From a virus (lineage: Duplodnaviria; Caudoviricetes), in the IMG/VR virus record IMGVR_UViG_3300025154_000056, positions 40,341 to 104,340 of that record: a stretch of 64,000 bases of DNA. The stretch is one strand, 5' to 3'. Shown here one piece after another: positions 1 through 10,098 of this stretch; positions within the stretch are counted from its first letter, which is position 1, and each line of letters begins with the position of its first letter. The position numbers and the translations under genes are program-made. A model generated the notes under the pieces. It searched no databases and was not told the origin of the DNA. It worked only from the letters and a program-made list of their open reading frames with translations.

Positions 1-1
1 C

Positions 2-187
2 CCAGAAAGAGCCCACAAGGCATTCCTTGATAGGGACAGTAAGGAGCATGGCATGAAGGGTAAGAAGACCAAGAAGAAGCACGGCATGACAGGAGCGGTG
101 AAGCCCTCAGGTGTACCAGCTGGTGGAGGTGACCAGGTACATGGCAAAGGAAAAAAGAAGACGATGAAAAAGAAGGGGAAGTGCTAA
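2..187 (+). CDS. 3' end of a Lys-rich protein (partial, truncated by window edge)
   Basis: Open frame from base 2 to TAA at 185-187, ending ...GKGKKKTMKKKGKC*; start lies outside the window. Confidence 0.4.
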   Translation, partial: PERAHKAFLDRDSKEHGMKGKKTKKKHGMTGAVKPSGVPAGGGDQVHGKGKKKTMKKKGKC

Positions 188-205
188 TACAGAAAGAGCA
201 GTCCA

Positions 206-376
206 ATGACAGGTACACTCGACCCGCATATGGAAGAGATTGATATCGGCCCCAAAAGCCCGCTCAAACGTAGAGAAACACCGATGACTCACGCGGACTA
301 TGAGATGGAAGAGATGGAGCGGGAATTTGAAGCTGAACCTGGGTTTACTTGGCAAGAACGGCAAGATGGGGTATAA
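206..376 (+). CDS. small acidic hypothetical protein (56 aa)
   Basis: Read by hand: MTGTLDPHMEEIDIGPKSPLKRRETPMTHADYEMEEMEREFEAEPGFTWQERQDGV*; fills the gap between neighbours. Confidence 0.45.
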   Translation: MTGTLDPHMEEIDIGPKSPLKRRETPMTHADYEMEEMEREFEAEPGFTWQERQDGV

Positions 377-382
377 CGGTAG

Positions 383-721
383 GTGGATATGGATGTACTA
401 TCTTCAAGCGTTATACCTGGAGAGGTAATTGAAGTCTCTCCTGGTGAATTTGTGGAAGTCACTACGTACGACGGCGATCCGATTCATTTCGAAGGTGGGT
501 CAAAAGCTCCAGCCAATTACTCACCTGAACTACCTTCAGATCCAAAGACCATCAAATACCCTGGCAGCTATTCTGGCAGGGTAGTGAACGTAAAGGGACG
601 CGAGAACGGTACAGTCGTGTCGGGTTTCAAGTGTCCGGTTTGTCCGTTCTGCGCAAAGAGCGCTACTGGGTTTCGACGCCACATGCGGGCGAAACACGGC
701 TCACGGTTTTTTGAATACTGA
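383..721 (+). CDS. hypothetical protein with C-terminal C2H2-type zinc finger
   Basis: FKCPVCPFCAKSATGFRRHMRAKH fits F-x-C-x2-C-x12-H-x4-H. Confidence 0.7.
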   Translation: MDMDVLSSSVIPGEVIEVSPGEFVEVTTYDGDPIHFEGGSKAPANYSPELPSDPKTIKYPGSYSGRVVNVKGRENGTVVSGFKCPVCPFCAKSATGFRRHMRAKHGSRFFEY

Positions 722-733
722 AGGAGCAATTGA

Positions 734-1021
734 ATGAATACGAGCAAGGCCGGAAGCGGCAACTACCAGAACCTGGGTGTGGGCAACTCGTCCTCACACT
801 CCCTGAGTGCCACCATCAAGGGCAAGTACCCGACCCCTCCGGGCGGGCACACCAGCCAGGGCGAGACTCCTGGTGCTGGGTCCATCTACTCGGCTCAACT
901 CAATGAGCGTCCGAACATCTCCAACACGCGTAATCGCGGCCCGGAGCGTTCTCCCTCTATCGCAGGGGCGAAGTCGATGCCCATCGTGACCGCGAGTCAG
1001 CGGAACACCGGCAAGATCTAG
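734..1021 (+). CDS. hypothetical Ser/Gly/Asn-rich head-region protein
   Basis: SD AAGGAG upstream; lies in the head gene cluster. Confidence 0.65.
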   Translation: MNTSKAGSGNYQNLGVGNSSSHSLSATIKGKYPTPPGGHTSQGETPGAGSIYSAQLNERPNISNTRNRGPERSPSIAGAKSMPIVTASQRNTGKI

Positions 1022-1059
1022 CTCTCCTATCTTTGGACTCATATCTCTAGGAGACTAAT

Positions 1060-2391
1060 ATGACAATCTCAAATACCAATTCTGAAGGTACTGGCGGCGT
1101 TCCCGCTGGTGCAGACGCAGCGCAAGTCAAATCCAACGACGCGAAACCCGAAGAGTCAATTACTTCCATGATGGAGAAAGTCCGTCAGGAAGAAAAGAAA
1201 AAGCTCTACTCTCAGATTGAGCGAGAGAAGCAGTCGAATCACGACTTGCGTACTCGCACAGCGGCTTTGGAGCAGGAACTGCAGGAGCAGAAGCTCGCGA
1301 AGCTGCCCCCAGACGAGGCATACAAAGAGCGTCTCGCTCAATTGGAAGCACAGAATAGGCGCCTCACTGACGAGGCGAATACCGCACGTATCCAGGCAGA
1401 GCAGCGCGCTCGGGCTGCCCAGGTTCTGGCGTACAGAGAGCGGGCCATTCGTGGTGCTAGAGATAACGGGCGTGGAATTGTGTTGGAGATGGTTGTAGGA
1501 AGTAGCGAAGAGGAGATTGATCGAGCAATCGAACTCTCTGCTGCTGAGTACAGACGTATCGAAGACAGAATTCGGGAACAGCTCGCGGCAGAGATGGCTC
1601 AGAGGCACCAGCAGCAATTCGTTCCCACGCAATATGCTCCTCAGCCTCCGCAGAATCCTGCGTATGTACCACAACAGCAATTCCAACCAGGGGCGGGGAT
1701 GCCACAAGTTGTCAATCCTGCTCCTGTGACCGAGCAAGGACCGCCCACCGCACCTGACATCTCAGCTCTTACGAATGAGCACGCTATCAGGTCCGGTATC
1801 TATGGTGGCGAAACAAGAGCCCATCTATTGGCGCAAATCCAGCGGATGGGTAACCCGCAGTCTACCACTGTGGGGAACTTCCCTCGTTCGTGGTCTCCAG
1901 CGCAACAGGTGCAGCAGCCCATGCCCTACATGCAGCAGCAACAGCTCCCTGGTGGAGCGGTGCAGCCTCATGGGAACCCGATTGCGGCTCCGCAGCACCC
2001 TCGCATGGTTCAGCAACCGATGCAGCCCTGGCCCGCTCAGGCCCCGCAGCATCCGTCGTATCCGCAGCAGCCTCAACAGTACCCCCAACAGGTGCCGCAG
2101 CCTCAATATCCGCAGTACCCACAGTACCCGCAGCAGATGCCCCCGCAGCAGCCCCAGCAGCCCGCTGGTGCCCCTATGGTGGATCCCGCGCGTATGGCGG
2201 CTCAAGAGGCTATCAACCGCACCTTGCAGGGAAACAACCCGGTGATGGGGGATAATCCTGGGGCGGCGCAAGCCCTCCAAGAGGCTCATCAGTATGGGCA
2301 GTACCATGGGGTGACACCGAATACGGCGCACGCACAGAGGTTTGCTGCGAGTCCTCCGATTCCGGTAGGGCCACCAGGATCACAACAGTAG
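1060..2391 (+). CDS. capsid scaffolding protein (coiled coil plus Pro/Gln-rich tail)
   Basis: Directly upstream of the major capsid gene; N-terminal coiled coil (EKVRQEEKKKLYSQIE...); SD AGGAG. Confidence 0.75.
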   Translation: MTISNTNSEGTGGVPAGADAAQVKSNDAKPEESITSMMEKVRQEEKKKLYSQIEREKQSNHDLRTRTAALEQELQEQKLAKLPPDEAYKERLAQLEAQNRRLTDEANTARIQAEQRARAAQVLAYRERAIRGARDNGRGIVLEMVVGSSEEEIDRAIELSAAEYRRIEDRIREQLAAEMAQRHQQQFVPTQYAPQPPQNPAYVPQQQFQPGAGMPQVVNPAPVTEQGPPTAPDISALTNEHAIRSGIYGGETRAHLLAQIQRMGNPQSTTVGNFPRSWSPAQQVQQPMPYMQQQQLPGGAVQPHGNPIAAPQHPRMVQQPMQPWPAQAPQHPSYPQQPQQYPQQVPQPQYPQYPQYPQQMPPQQPQQPAGAPMVDPARMAAQEAINRTLQGNNPVMGDNPGAAQALQEAHQYGQYHGVTPNTAHAQRFAASPPIPVGPPGSQQ

Positions 2392-2448
2392 GAGTTCCCT
2401 GCAGGTGTATTTAGGCTTCAGTATTTGAACCTGTAAGGAGTCAGAGAT

Positions 2449-3438
2449 ATGGGATCCGTTCTAAATAGCGCAGTCCAGACCGGTGCTGGGTTTTCGCAGC
2501 AAGTCAACTCCGTGCGAGACGTCTTCTCGGCGGAGATTTGGTATTCAGCACTTCCTATTCTGAAGTTTGACCAATTCAGTACGAAGAAGACTGAGCTTGG
2601 TGTTCAACCGGGCAGGACGATTCAGCTGCCCAAGTTCGGCAACATCAAGCGTGGTGGTCGGCTCACTGAGGGTGTTCGTCTTCAGACGCGCGGCATGTCG
2701 ATGTCGCAACAGTCCCTGACGGTGTGGGAGAACGGTAACGCCATCGGGTTTACCGAGTACCTGCTCCAGACTGCGTTCTTCGACCAGCTCGCGGCGGCTT
2801 CGCTGCTTCTGGGTCGGGACATGGCAGTCGTGCTTGATCTGCAGCTTCGTGCTGCGATCATGCTCGCAACGAATACCGTCTTCGCAAATGGCAAGGCGTC
2901 TAGGGATCTGCTTGTGGCGGCGGATGTCATGGACACCCGTTCGATCAAGGATGCAGTTGAGATCCTCGAAACGACCAACAGCCCCAAGTGGGCTGGGGAT
3001 CACTACATCTGCTTCCTGCACCCCCACCAGGGTCGAGGACTGCGAGATGACAACGACTGGATCAATGCGTCGTTGTACGCTGGCTCCCAGCAGATCTACA
3101 CTGGAGAAATCGGTCGATACGAAGACGTCCGATTCATCGTCACTACGGTGATGCCCAATGGCGCGAATAACGCTGTTGATACAAGCACTGGTGACTTCGT
3201 GGATCCTGGCTACGATGCGAATCTTCGCGTCGGTGCTGGCGTTCCTGCGAACCAAGTCAACGTCTACCAGTCGGTCATGTTCGGTGAGTACGCGTACGGC
3301 CATGCTACGTCGCTGCCCGTCGAGCTGCGCGACAACGGTACAGAGGACTACGGTCGCGAGCACGGGCTTGCGTGGTACTCCATCTGGGGAGAGGGTCTCC
3401 TGGAGACAGACAACTCGGTCGTCATTGAGACGGCGTAG
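2449..3438 (+). CDS. major capsid protein, N4-gp56-like family
   Basis: Motifs ELGVQPGRTI, LTEGV, YICFLHPHQ...LRDDNDW, GEIGRYEDVRFI, DYGREHGLAWY; SD AAGGAG. Confidence 0.92.
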   Translation: MGSVLNSAVQTGAGFSQQVNSVRDVFSAEIWYSALPILKFDQFSTKKTELGVQPGRTIQLPKFGNIKRGGRLTEGVRLQTRGMSMSQQSLTVWENGNAIGFTEYLLQTAFFDQLAAASLLLGRDMAVVLDLQLRAAIMLATNTVFANGKASRDLLVAADVMDTRSIKDAVEILETTNSPKWAGDHYICFLHPHQGRGLRDDNDWINASLYAGSQQIYTGEIGRYEDVRFIVTTVMPNGANNAVDTSTGDFVDPGYDANLRVGAGVPANQVNVYQSVMFGEYAYGHATSLPVELRDNGTEDYGREHGLAWYSIWGEGLLETDNSVVIETA

Positions 3439-3466
3439 TAGCAAGCGGCAATAGGAGATATCTGTA

Positions 3467-3802
3467 ATGGCAAATCAGACTAAGTCGGGCATCGACCACA
3501 TTGGCCTCAATGCCAGCAACATTCGCTACGTCGCAGCTACTGTGAACGCGGCTGGTATTGCGGCTGGTGAGACTTTCACGATCACGCTTCCTGAGGACCT
3601 GGACGTCAACTACGTCCCTATCATGCTGTCGCATTGGCGCGGCGCTGGTGGTGTGTGGTCCCCCATCGCTGCTGGTTCCATCGTTGTCACCAGCTATACC
3701 CCCGCTACTCGGACCCTCCTCCTCACCGCTGCAGGTGCTGGGTGCAACGCTGCTGACGAACTCATCATGCTGTTCGCTGCTACGGAAGCTGTGATCTCGT
3801 AG
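3467..3802 (+). CDS. putative capsid decoration / minor virion protein
   Basis: Small Ala/Gly/Thr-rich beta protein immediately after the major capsid gene; SD AGGAG. Confidence 0.6.
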   Translation: MANQTKSGIDHIGLNASNIRYVAATVNAAGIAAGETFTITLPEDLDVNYVPIMLSHWRGAGGVWSPIAAGSIVVTSYTPATRTLLLTAAGAGCNAADELIMLFAATEAVIS

Positions 3803-3830
3803 ACGTGGGCAGAATTGAAGGAGCGATATT

Positions 3831-4193
3831 ATGTCGAAGCAACCTCAAAACGTCCCCGGACGTGTTTCAGTGTCCGCTGAACCGATGGAAGAAGTAGTGG
3901 AAAACAAGGGCGCATTCCAGTCAGAGACTGCTCGTAAGGCTGCGGAAGCCGCTGACCTATCAGAGAGAACTGACGTCAGCGAACCGAAGTCCGCACTCGT
4001 TGGCGCAAACGACACCCCCATAGCCATCGATGTGCAGAAGGTGGACGGCAATCGAGAGGTTGTTGTTCGTCCTCTGAAGACGGTCTCTCGCCTGTGGTTC
4101 GGCCGCGAGCAGTACAGTCTCGTTGCTGGAAAGAAGGCGAAGGTTCCTCTGCGTGTGGCAAACATCCTTCGTCAGAAGGGTATTGTCGCGTAG
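3831..4193 (+). CDS. hypothetical head-associated protein
   Basis: SD AAGGAG; small C-terminal beta domain of a kind often found after N4-gp56-like capsid genes. Confidence 0.65.
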   Translation: MSKQPQNVPGRVSVSAEPMEEVVENKGAFQSETARKAAEAADLSERTDVSEPKSALVGANDTPIAIDVQKVDGNREVVVRPLKTVSRLWFGREQYSLVAGKKAKVPLRVANILRQKGIVA

Positions 4194-4217
4194 TCTCTGG
4201 GAGGCACCAGACTGGAT

Positions 4218-4258
4218 GGGCCATTCTCGGGGGACACTCTGAGATGGCCCTTCTGTTT
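4218..4258 (+). terminator. probable intrinsic terminator after the head genes
   Basis: GGGCCATTCTC...GAGATGGCCC stem followed by TTCTGTTT. Confidence 0.55.
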
Positions 4259-4279
4259 ATCGGCTCGCAGGAGAATTAG

Positions 4280-5704
4280 ATGAGTTCGATTATTGACAGC
4301 TTGAGAGAACGAATCAAGGATGAGCAATACGCACAACGTGCGTTCGGACTCGCAATCTCCGATGAGAACGTTCAACGTGCCCTCGCAGAGATCACTAACA
4401 ATCACTTGATTGTTACAATTTCTAGCGGCTCAGGGGCGAAAGCTAGAGGCATCGACTTCGACCTATCGGACGCGAGATACGACACTATTGGTAAGCTGTA
4501 CCAGGCTGTGTCGCGCATGGAGGGGTACCAGGCGAACCTGGACGAAGACGCCTCCATGTCCCACCCATCAATTGACTTGGAGCACTTCGGCCCCATGGAC
4601 ATTGCTGGCGTAGGGCTAGATATGAAACACCACGTCTTCTCCGATGCTGAGTTGGAGAGGTACCTTGGGTTTGCGGTCAAGCGTCACAACCCAGGGCTGA
4701 CCATGGATACCTTACCCGATGGTGAGATAATCTTAGTCATCTATTTGGCATCAGCGGATATATGCAGGATCCAAGCCCACGACGCAACCAAACGTAAGGG
4801 AATGGATTCGGAGATATTCTACCTGCTTGAGATGGCGAACAATTTCGACAGGGCGTACCAGAAGGATGCGAAGCGCCTCAGTCGAGCCATCGTCTCTCCG
4901 AAGGAGTCTCCTCGCAACGACATGCGAGAGGGTGACGTAGTACTAGGTAGTCTGATGCGTAGGAGCATGCGTACCGGGCTCATCTCTCCTATGTCGCAGA
5001 ACCTGCCCCCTAGTCCAGCAGAGTTGTTTGACCCCAATGATGAGGACGTGGAAGACACGTTCGTTCGAGTTAGGTGGATGCGCAATAGAGACCTGGACTA
5101 TTACAGCTTTGAGCTTTGGATGGACTCTAGGCCAGATGTTGCGCGTACTCGGGAAGCGCTGCTGGCGGCTGAGCAAACATACTCAGCGCATGGGGACGCG
5201 CAGATGCTGAGGCAGTCCACGAGCAAGCTGGTGTACAGGTCTATGGGGCCCAACACCCGTGGGTCTGCTCAATTCACACCTACTGCATTCATTGGTGGCA
5301 ACGGCAGCCAGGTAACAAACTACGTTGTTGATAGTCTGGAGCCCGACACTACGTACTATTTTAGGGCGTACATATTCGACCTGAACGATGAGTCTGTGGC
5401 TTCGAACGTAGCGGAGTTCAGGACTAAGTCACTGCGTACTCGATTCACTGAGACTGGTACCGTAGTTCCTGTGCACGGCGTGGCTACTGATTTGGTATTA
5501 GTCAACTTCGATTCGACCTTCGGGCCAATTACTGCTAGCCACCAATTGAAGATGGGAGAAAAGACTCTTGCCTTTACGGTTATTACTCCCACGCAGGCTC
5601 AAATTACTGTACCTTCTTTTTTGAACAAGGGTCTGAAAGACCTTGTCGTCATATCGCCCAACAGCTTGATCAACATCCGTCGTAACATTTTCGAGGTGAG
5701 GTAA
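4280..5704 (+). CDS. head-tail adaptor/neck protein with C-terminal FN3 and Ig-like (IPT/TIG) domains
   Basis: Neck position; FSDAELERYL adaptor-like motif; FN3 signature VRVRW...YVVDSLEPDTTYYFRAY. Confidence 0.65.
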   Translation: MSSIIDSLRERIKDEQYAQRAFGLAISDENVQRALAEITNNHLIVTISSGSGAKARGIDFDLSDARYDTIGKLYQAVSRMEGYQANLDEDASMSHPSIDLEHFGPMDIAGVGLDMKHHVFSDAELERYLGFAVKRHNPGLTMDTLPDGEIILVIYLASADICRIQAHDATKRKGMDSEIFYLLEMANNFDRAYQKDAKRLSRAIVSPKESPRNDMREGDVVLGSLMRRSMRTGLISPMSQNLPPSPAELFDPNDEDVEDTFVRVRWMRNRDLDYYSFELWMDSRPDVARTREALLAAEQTYSAHGDAQMLRQSTSKLVYRSMGPNTRGSAQFTPTAFIGGNGSQVTNYVVDSLEPDTTYYFRAYIFDLNDESVASNVAEFRTKSLRTRFTETGTVVPVHGVATDLVLVNFDSTFGPITASHQLKMGEKTLAFTVITPTQAQITVPSFLNKGLKDLVVISPNSLINIRRNIFEVR

Positions 5705-6147
5705 TGGGCTTCATCCTGAAGTGGACTGAGCGGGCGAAACAGACCATTCGCAAAGTCACGCAGATACCCGATCGTTACGACGATGCTGCGGAGGCGTACG
5801 CTAAGGCGTTGGCTGAGGAGACCGTAAAGCAAGTCCGAGAGCGCATACTGTCTGGGTCGATTACTCCGGGTCTCAAAGCGTCAACGTTACAATCCAAGAG
5901 GAGTAAGGGGCAAGACCCTCGCGTTCTGGTCATGACTAGAGCGTATGTAGATGGTATGGAAGCTGTACCCGCATCTGGGAAGCACTCATGGGGAGTTCGA
6001 GCAGACCCAGACAAATTCAGAATGCTTGAATATGGTACCCCGAAAATGCCCCCTCGTCCCCACATGATTAGTGTGGCTCAAGTAAAGAGGAGGGATGTAC
6101 GACTCAAGGCTAAGTTCTTCAAAGACATGCTAGGGTTTGGTGAATAG
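5704..6147 (+). CDS. HK97-gp10-like / virion morphogenesis neck protein
   Basis: LEYGTPKMPPRPH and PGLKASTLQSK motifs. Confidence 0.75.
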   Translation: MGFILKWTERAKQTIRKVTQIPDRYDDAAEAYAKALAEETVKQVRERILSGSITPGLKASTLQSKRSKGQDPRVLVMTRAYVDGMEAVPASGKHSWGVRADPDKFRMLEYGTPKMPPRPHMISVAQVKRRDVRLKAKFFKDMLGFGE

Positions 6148-6149
6148 AG

Positions 6150-7061
6150 ATGCTCTTTCTAGAGCTAGACCTAGCAATCTTCGAGCGTCTCACAGGGGCT
6201 CCGCTAGATGATAAGGGGCGCCCGAAGATGGGCCCAGATAATCTCCCTGTCAATCGGTGCATCCCTGGGCCACCGAAGATGAACGGGGAACTACAGCCTT
6301 CATGGGGAATAAGAATACCCCAATTGAAGGCACCATTCGATACGTACCACGGTCTGACCTCAAACGACCCAATGGCGTATCGCATGTTCGAGAAGGGCTT
6401 CAGCCCTAGCTCGTTCAGACAAGTACCGGTGTTCGACGAGAACATCGAGAATCGTAAGTGGTCGGACGTGTGGCCCTGCGTGACATTTAGTCTGCAGGAC
6501 TTCTACCATCAAACTGCAACATCATCGTACGGTAGCTACGGCTCCGAGTTTGACCCTAAGTCTGACCCAGCAGAGATCAGGAACAGCAGTGGTGAGGTTG
6601 TAGCCAGCGGCAGACAGAACAAATTGATTTCTCCCCACCCGGAGTCGTGGGACGTTACATACGCTATTCGGGTGTTCTCAAAGAGCAAGATTGAATTGGA
6701 GCTGATTACTTCGCAACTACTTACCAAGATGTTCCCAGGTCGAAGCGCTATTGAGGTGGGATTCATGAACGGCACCAAGCACTGGTGCGACATGTTCTGG
6801 ATCTGGTCACAGAACCTCGACCTTCGAGGGGAGAACGTGAAGAAGAGTCTGGACCCATCTGAGCAGGCACATTATTCAAGGGCATTCTTTTACAAGATCG
6901 AATCGTATATGGACAACACTGGCGACAAGTTTGGGTACGGAGAGCAGTATTCCAAACCTGTTATTTTGGGACGCATAATGGAATTGGCTAAGCTCCGTGA
7001 TGGGAACCTAGTCGATGGAATCGAATACGATATCGAAGACGCAGAACAACCAGCTACCTAG
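6150..7061 (+). CDS. putative tail completion/terminator protein
   Basis: Immediately before the sheath; WPCVTF and YAIRVFSKSKIELELI resemble tail terminators. Confidence 0.55.
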   Translation: MLFLELDLAIFERLTGAPLDDKGRPKMGPDNLPVNRCIPGPPKMNGELQPSWGIRIPQLKAPFDTYHGLTSNDPMAYRMFEKGFSPSSFRQVPVFDENIENRKWSDVWPCVTFSLQDFYHQTATSSYGSYGSEFDPKSDPAEIRNSSGEVVASGRQNKLISPHPESWDVTYAIRVFSKSKIELELITSQLLTKMFPGRSAIEVGFMNGTKHWCDMFWIWSQNLDLRGENVKKSLDPSEQAHYSRAFFYKIESYMDNTGDKFGYGEQYSKPVILGRIMELAKLRDGNLVDGIEYDIEDAEQPAT

Positions 7062-7084
7062 GTTGCTACAGGAGAAAAAGGGCA

Positions 7085-9562
7085 ATGGTCGAATACAAGA
7101 GTCCCAACTTTCGTTGGACGGAGAAAAAGGTTGGAGCGAGCCCGGTGATCTTCACTGGGGCTCAATCTGATGCTGTTTGCGGCTTCAGCGGCTACGCGTA
7201 TCGTGGACCGACTGAGCCGTATGCTGTTGCTAGCATGGGGGAATTCGAGGAAGTCTATGGCGGGCGACCCGATAATTTCACGTACCCAGGTAGTTGCTAC
7301 CTCTTCGATAGCGTCGAAGGGTTCTTCAAGCAGGTTGGCTCTGGCGTCGTGTATGTGCAGCGTTTCGTTGGCGCTGGCGCAGCTGCGGCACAGAGAGTCC
7401 TGGGTGTAAGCGGTGGCCCGGCTACCGTTGGTAGCATCACCAGTGACCCCGCGTCGTTCCCAGTGGCACTGGCGCCTGGGGACACGTTCATCGGTAACGT
7501 GGATAGCGACGCTATGGGCCCTGCGACGCTGACCATCGCTGCTACTCCTGCAGAGTACGTCGGTCCTGGGGTACCTGGAGCTACGTACGCAGCTTGCGTC
7601 GCTACCAATGAGGTGGTTATTGCCATCGCTGGATATGCAAATCAAACTATTCAATGCACGGGTGCTGAGAACACCCAAGCGCTGTGGCACGATCTGCTCA
7701 ACGCCAATTTGATTGGAGCATACGTCATCAACGATGGTGGCGAATCCAAGATCGTCACTGACCAGAAGGGCTCTGGAGCGGCTGGCTCCATTGTGTCTGG
7801 AGACGTAGACGTCCTGGCAGCTTTGGGCTGGGTAGCAGCTGCACCCCTCGTGAACGCTGGCCCCAACAACGTTGCTGACGTGCTCGCTGTAGGTGCCCTG
7901 GAATGGGCAGGAGAATGGGGTGGAGCGCTTGCTGGTCTCGGTGGTGGTACCTCCATCGCCATCAATGCAGACGACTCCATTACCTGGACTTCTTTGGCGA
8001 CAGGCGTCGCTGCGAACGTGCAATTCACTGGTGGCACTGGTCTTGCGAAGATTGCTGGTCTCGCCATCGGTACCTACTCTGGTGCTGCCAGCTCCACTAT
8101 TGGAGCTGTTCAACTGGACGCATCGAGTGTGGGCACTTGGGGCGACGACATGCGCACCTCTGTGAGCCACAACGACATCACAGGTCCCCTGGTTTCTGGG
8201 GCGCTCGCTGCGGGGGCACAGACTCGCATCCCCGTTGCTAGCATCAACAAGATCTCTATTGGTGATCAGATCTCTATCACCAAGGGTGTCGACGTGCAGC
8301 GCGGTGTGGTCAAGTACTTGGAGCGCACCACTCCCCCAGCCATTGTGCTGGAGAGTGCCATCACGGTTCCTGGCGGTGGTTACGCTGGCACCGAGACAGT
8401 GAAAATCGAGACATGGAATTTGTCTATCTACGACAGCAACATGAGTCTCGTCACTACGTATGCAAACATCCGTATGTCTGCGCTTGCTGGCGCCAACTAC
8501 GTGGTGAACAAGATCAACTCCGTCCCGCTTACGTGGGTCGAGGCGACGGTTCTTGGCACCCTCCCGGCGATTCCGGCTGACCAGCGACCGTTGGCTGATG
8601 CCAGCCCTGTGAGCCTCGCAGGGGGCAACGACGGAGCGGCAGTGGCCCAGGCTGATGTCCAGGGTAGCAGCAGTGCAAAGACTGGGCTCTACGCATGGCT
8701 GAAGGTCGACGAGTTGGACATCGCAGCCATCCCAGGTCTCTCTGAGATGGGGCTCTCCAACGCGGCAGTGTCTCAAATCATCTCTGATGCAGAGGCGATT
8801 GCTGAGGCAGTGGGTGAGTGGCAGTGGATTTGGGACCTCAAGGATGGGCTGCTCCCGAACCTCTCTGCTGGTCAAATCGTTGATTGGAAATCGGTCACAA
8901 TGGGCATCGACTCGTCGCACTCGATGTGTTGGTTCCCGTGGTTGGTCAAGGCAGTCAACGGTATTGAAGTGAATGTTCCCAATTCTGGGTACGTCCTCGG
9001 CACTATCTCTCGTACGTGGCGCAGCCGTTCGTTCGGCAAAGCTCCTGCGGGCACTGTCGACGGCAAGATCGAGGGGATCATCAGGCGGGCGTACGACCTG
9101 GATCAAGACTCGTACAACTACCTGTACCCGAATGGCATCAACGGTATTATGTCATTCAAGAACATCGGGGTCGTGGGGTGGGGCAACAACACCGCTGACG
9201 CTCTTGGTGTATTTGCTGCACTCAATGAGCGCTTTGTGTTCAACCGTGCAAAGCGGGCAGTTCGTGAAATCATTCGTGCGTATTCGTTCGAGTACAACGA
9301 CGATGACACTCGAAGCATGCTCAAGATGCTGGTCGATGACCTCATGGCAGAGTGGCAGGGTAAGAAGATCCTCGCTGGGCAAGGCATGGCGGAAGGCTGG
9401 TACTTCCTCTGCGATAGGAACCTCAACACTGCCTCGGTGATCAAGGCGCGTAAGATCAGATTCACGCTTGGCCTTGCTGCGAATCAAGCGGCTGAATTTG
9501 TCGAGGGCACCATCGAGCAAGACTTGCGGGCACTCTCGTCTGAGATGACGGCAACTGTCTGA
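7085..9562 (+). CDS. contractile tail sheath protein with inserted surface domains
   Basis: YKSPNF..EK, GFSGYAYRGP, FEEVYG, LAGGNDG, KAPAG, LYPNGINGI, AAEFV sheath motifs. Confidence 0.93.
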   Translation: MVEYKSPNFRWTEKKVGASPVIFTGAQSDAVCGFSGYAYRGPTEPYAVASMGEFEEVYGGRPDNFTYPGSCYLFDSVEGFFKQVGSGVVYVQRFVGAGAAAAQRVLGVSGGPATVGSITSDPASFPVALAPGDTFIGNVDSDAMGPATLTIAATPAEYVGPGVPGATYAACVATNEVVIAIAGYANQTIQCTGAENTQALWHDLLNANLIGAYVINDGGESKIVTDQKGSGAAGSIVSGDVDVLAALGWVAAAPLVNAGPNNVADVLAVGALEWAGEWGGALAGLGGGTSIAINADDSITWTSLATGVAANVQFTGGTGLAKIAGLAIGTYSGAASSTIGAVQLDASSVGTWGDDMRTSVSHNDITGPLVSGALAAGAQTRIPVASINKISIGDQISITKGVDVQRGVVKYLERTTPPAIVLESAITVPGGGYAGTETVKIETWNLSIYDSNMSLVTTYANIRMSALAGANYVVNKINSVPLTWVEATVLGTLPAIPADQRPLADASPVSLAGGNDGAAVAQADVQGSSSAKTGLYAWLKVDELDIAAIPGLSEMGLSNAAVSQIISDAEAIAEAVGEWQWIWDLKDGLLPNLSAGQIVDWKSVTMGIDSSHSMCWFPWLVKAVNGIEVNVPNSGYVLGTISRTWRSRSFGKAPAGTVDGKIEGIIRRAYDLDQDSYNYLYPNGINGIMSFKNIGVVGWGNNTADALGVFAALNERFVFNRAKRAVREIIRAYSFEYNDDDTRSMLKMLVDDLMAEWQGKKILAGQGMAEGWYFLCDRNLNTASVIKARKIRFTLGLAANQAAEFVEGTIEQDLRALSSEMTATV

Positions 9563-9577
9563 TAGAAGGAGTTCACT

Positions 9578-10066
9578 ATGGCTCGCATTACGTACGAAGA
9601 TCCTATCAAGGTGTTCCGATACCGAGTCCTGGTTCCTGGCTGGGACCAAGGTGCTGGGTTCAGTGAGTGCCTCGGCTTGAACGTGGAGAACGATGTCGTT
9701 GAGTACCGCGAGGGCGGCATGCTGGACACTCCGCAGAAGTCTCCAGGGCTGCAGAAGTTCGGTGACATTACGCTGCGGCGTGGGCAATTCTTCTCTGGGA
9801 AATCACGGGACTCGGAGTTCATCATTTGGTGCCAGAGTGTCAACCGAGTGACCCTCGGCTTGGGCGGTACTGATCTTGTTCTTCGAAAGGAGCTGGTCAT
9901 TCGTCAATACAACAACAGGAATGAGGCTGTTGTTGATTGGTACATCAAAGAGGCGTGGCCCCGTACCTACAAGCCCATGTCGGATATGAACGGCAACTCG
10001 TCTGAGAACAGCATCGAAGAGCTTGTGCTCACTCACGAAGGCTTCACTCAGACACGATTCATGTAA
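9578..10066 (+). CDS. tail tube protein, T4 gp19-like
   Basis: DPIKVFRYRV, GFSECLGL, VVEYREGG, KFGDITLRRG, EAWP, IEELVLTHEG. Confidence 0.93.
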   Translation: MARITYEDPIKVFRYRVLVPGWDQGAGFSECLGLNVENDVVEYREGGMLDTPQKSPGLQKFGDITLRRGQFFSGKSRDSEFIIWCQSVNRVTLGLGGTDLVLRKELVIRQYNNRNEAVVDWYIKEAWPRTYKPMSDMNGNSSENSIEELVLTHEGFTQTRFM

Positions 10067-10098
10067 GACACAATTTGCGTCGACTAGGAGAAAGATAA

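Noticed and set aside
349-377. Promoter-like TTGGCA-17-TATAAC
   Set aside because: Lies inside a plausible 56-aa ORF and its -10 overlaps the stop codon; cannot be distinguished from chance
7058-9106. 682-aa minus-strand ORF (similar ones at 2545-3444, 43893-44855, 51777-52796)
   Set aside because: Antisense shadows of well-supported genes with biased codon usage; no motifs or RBS
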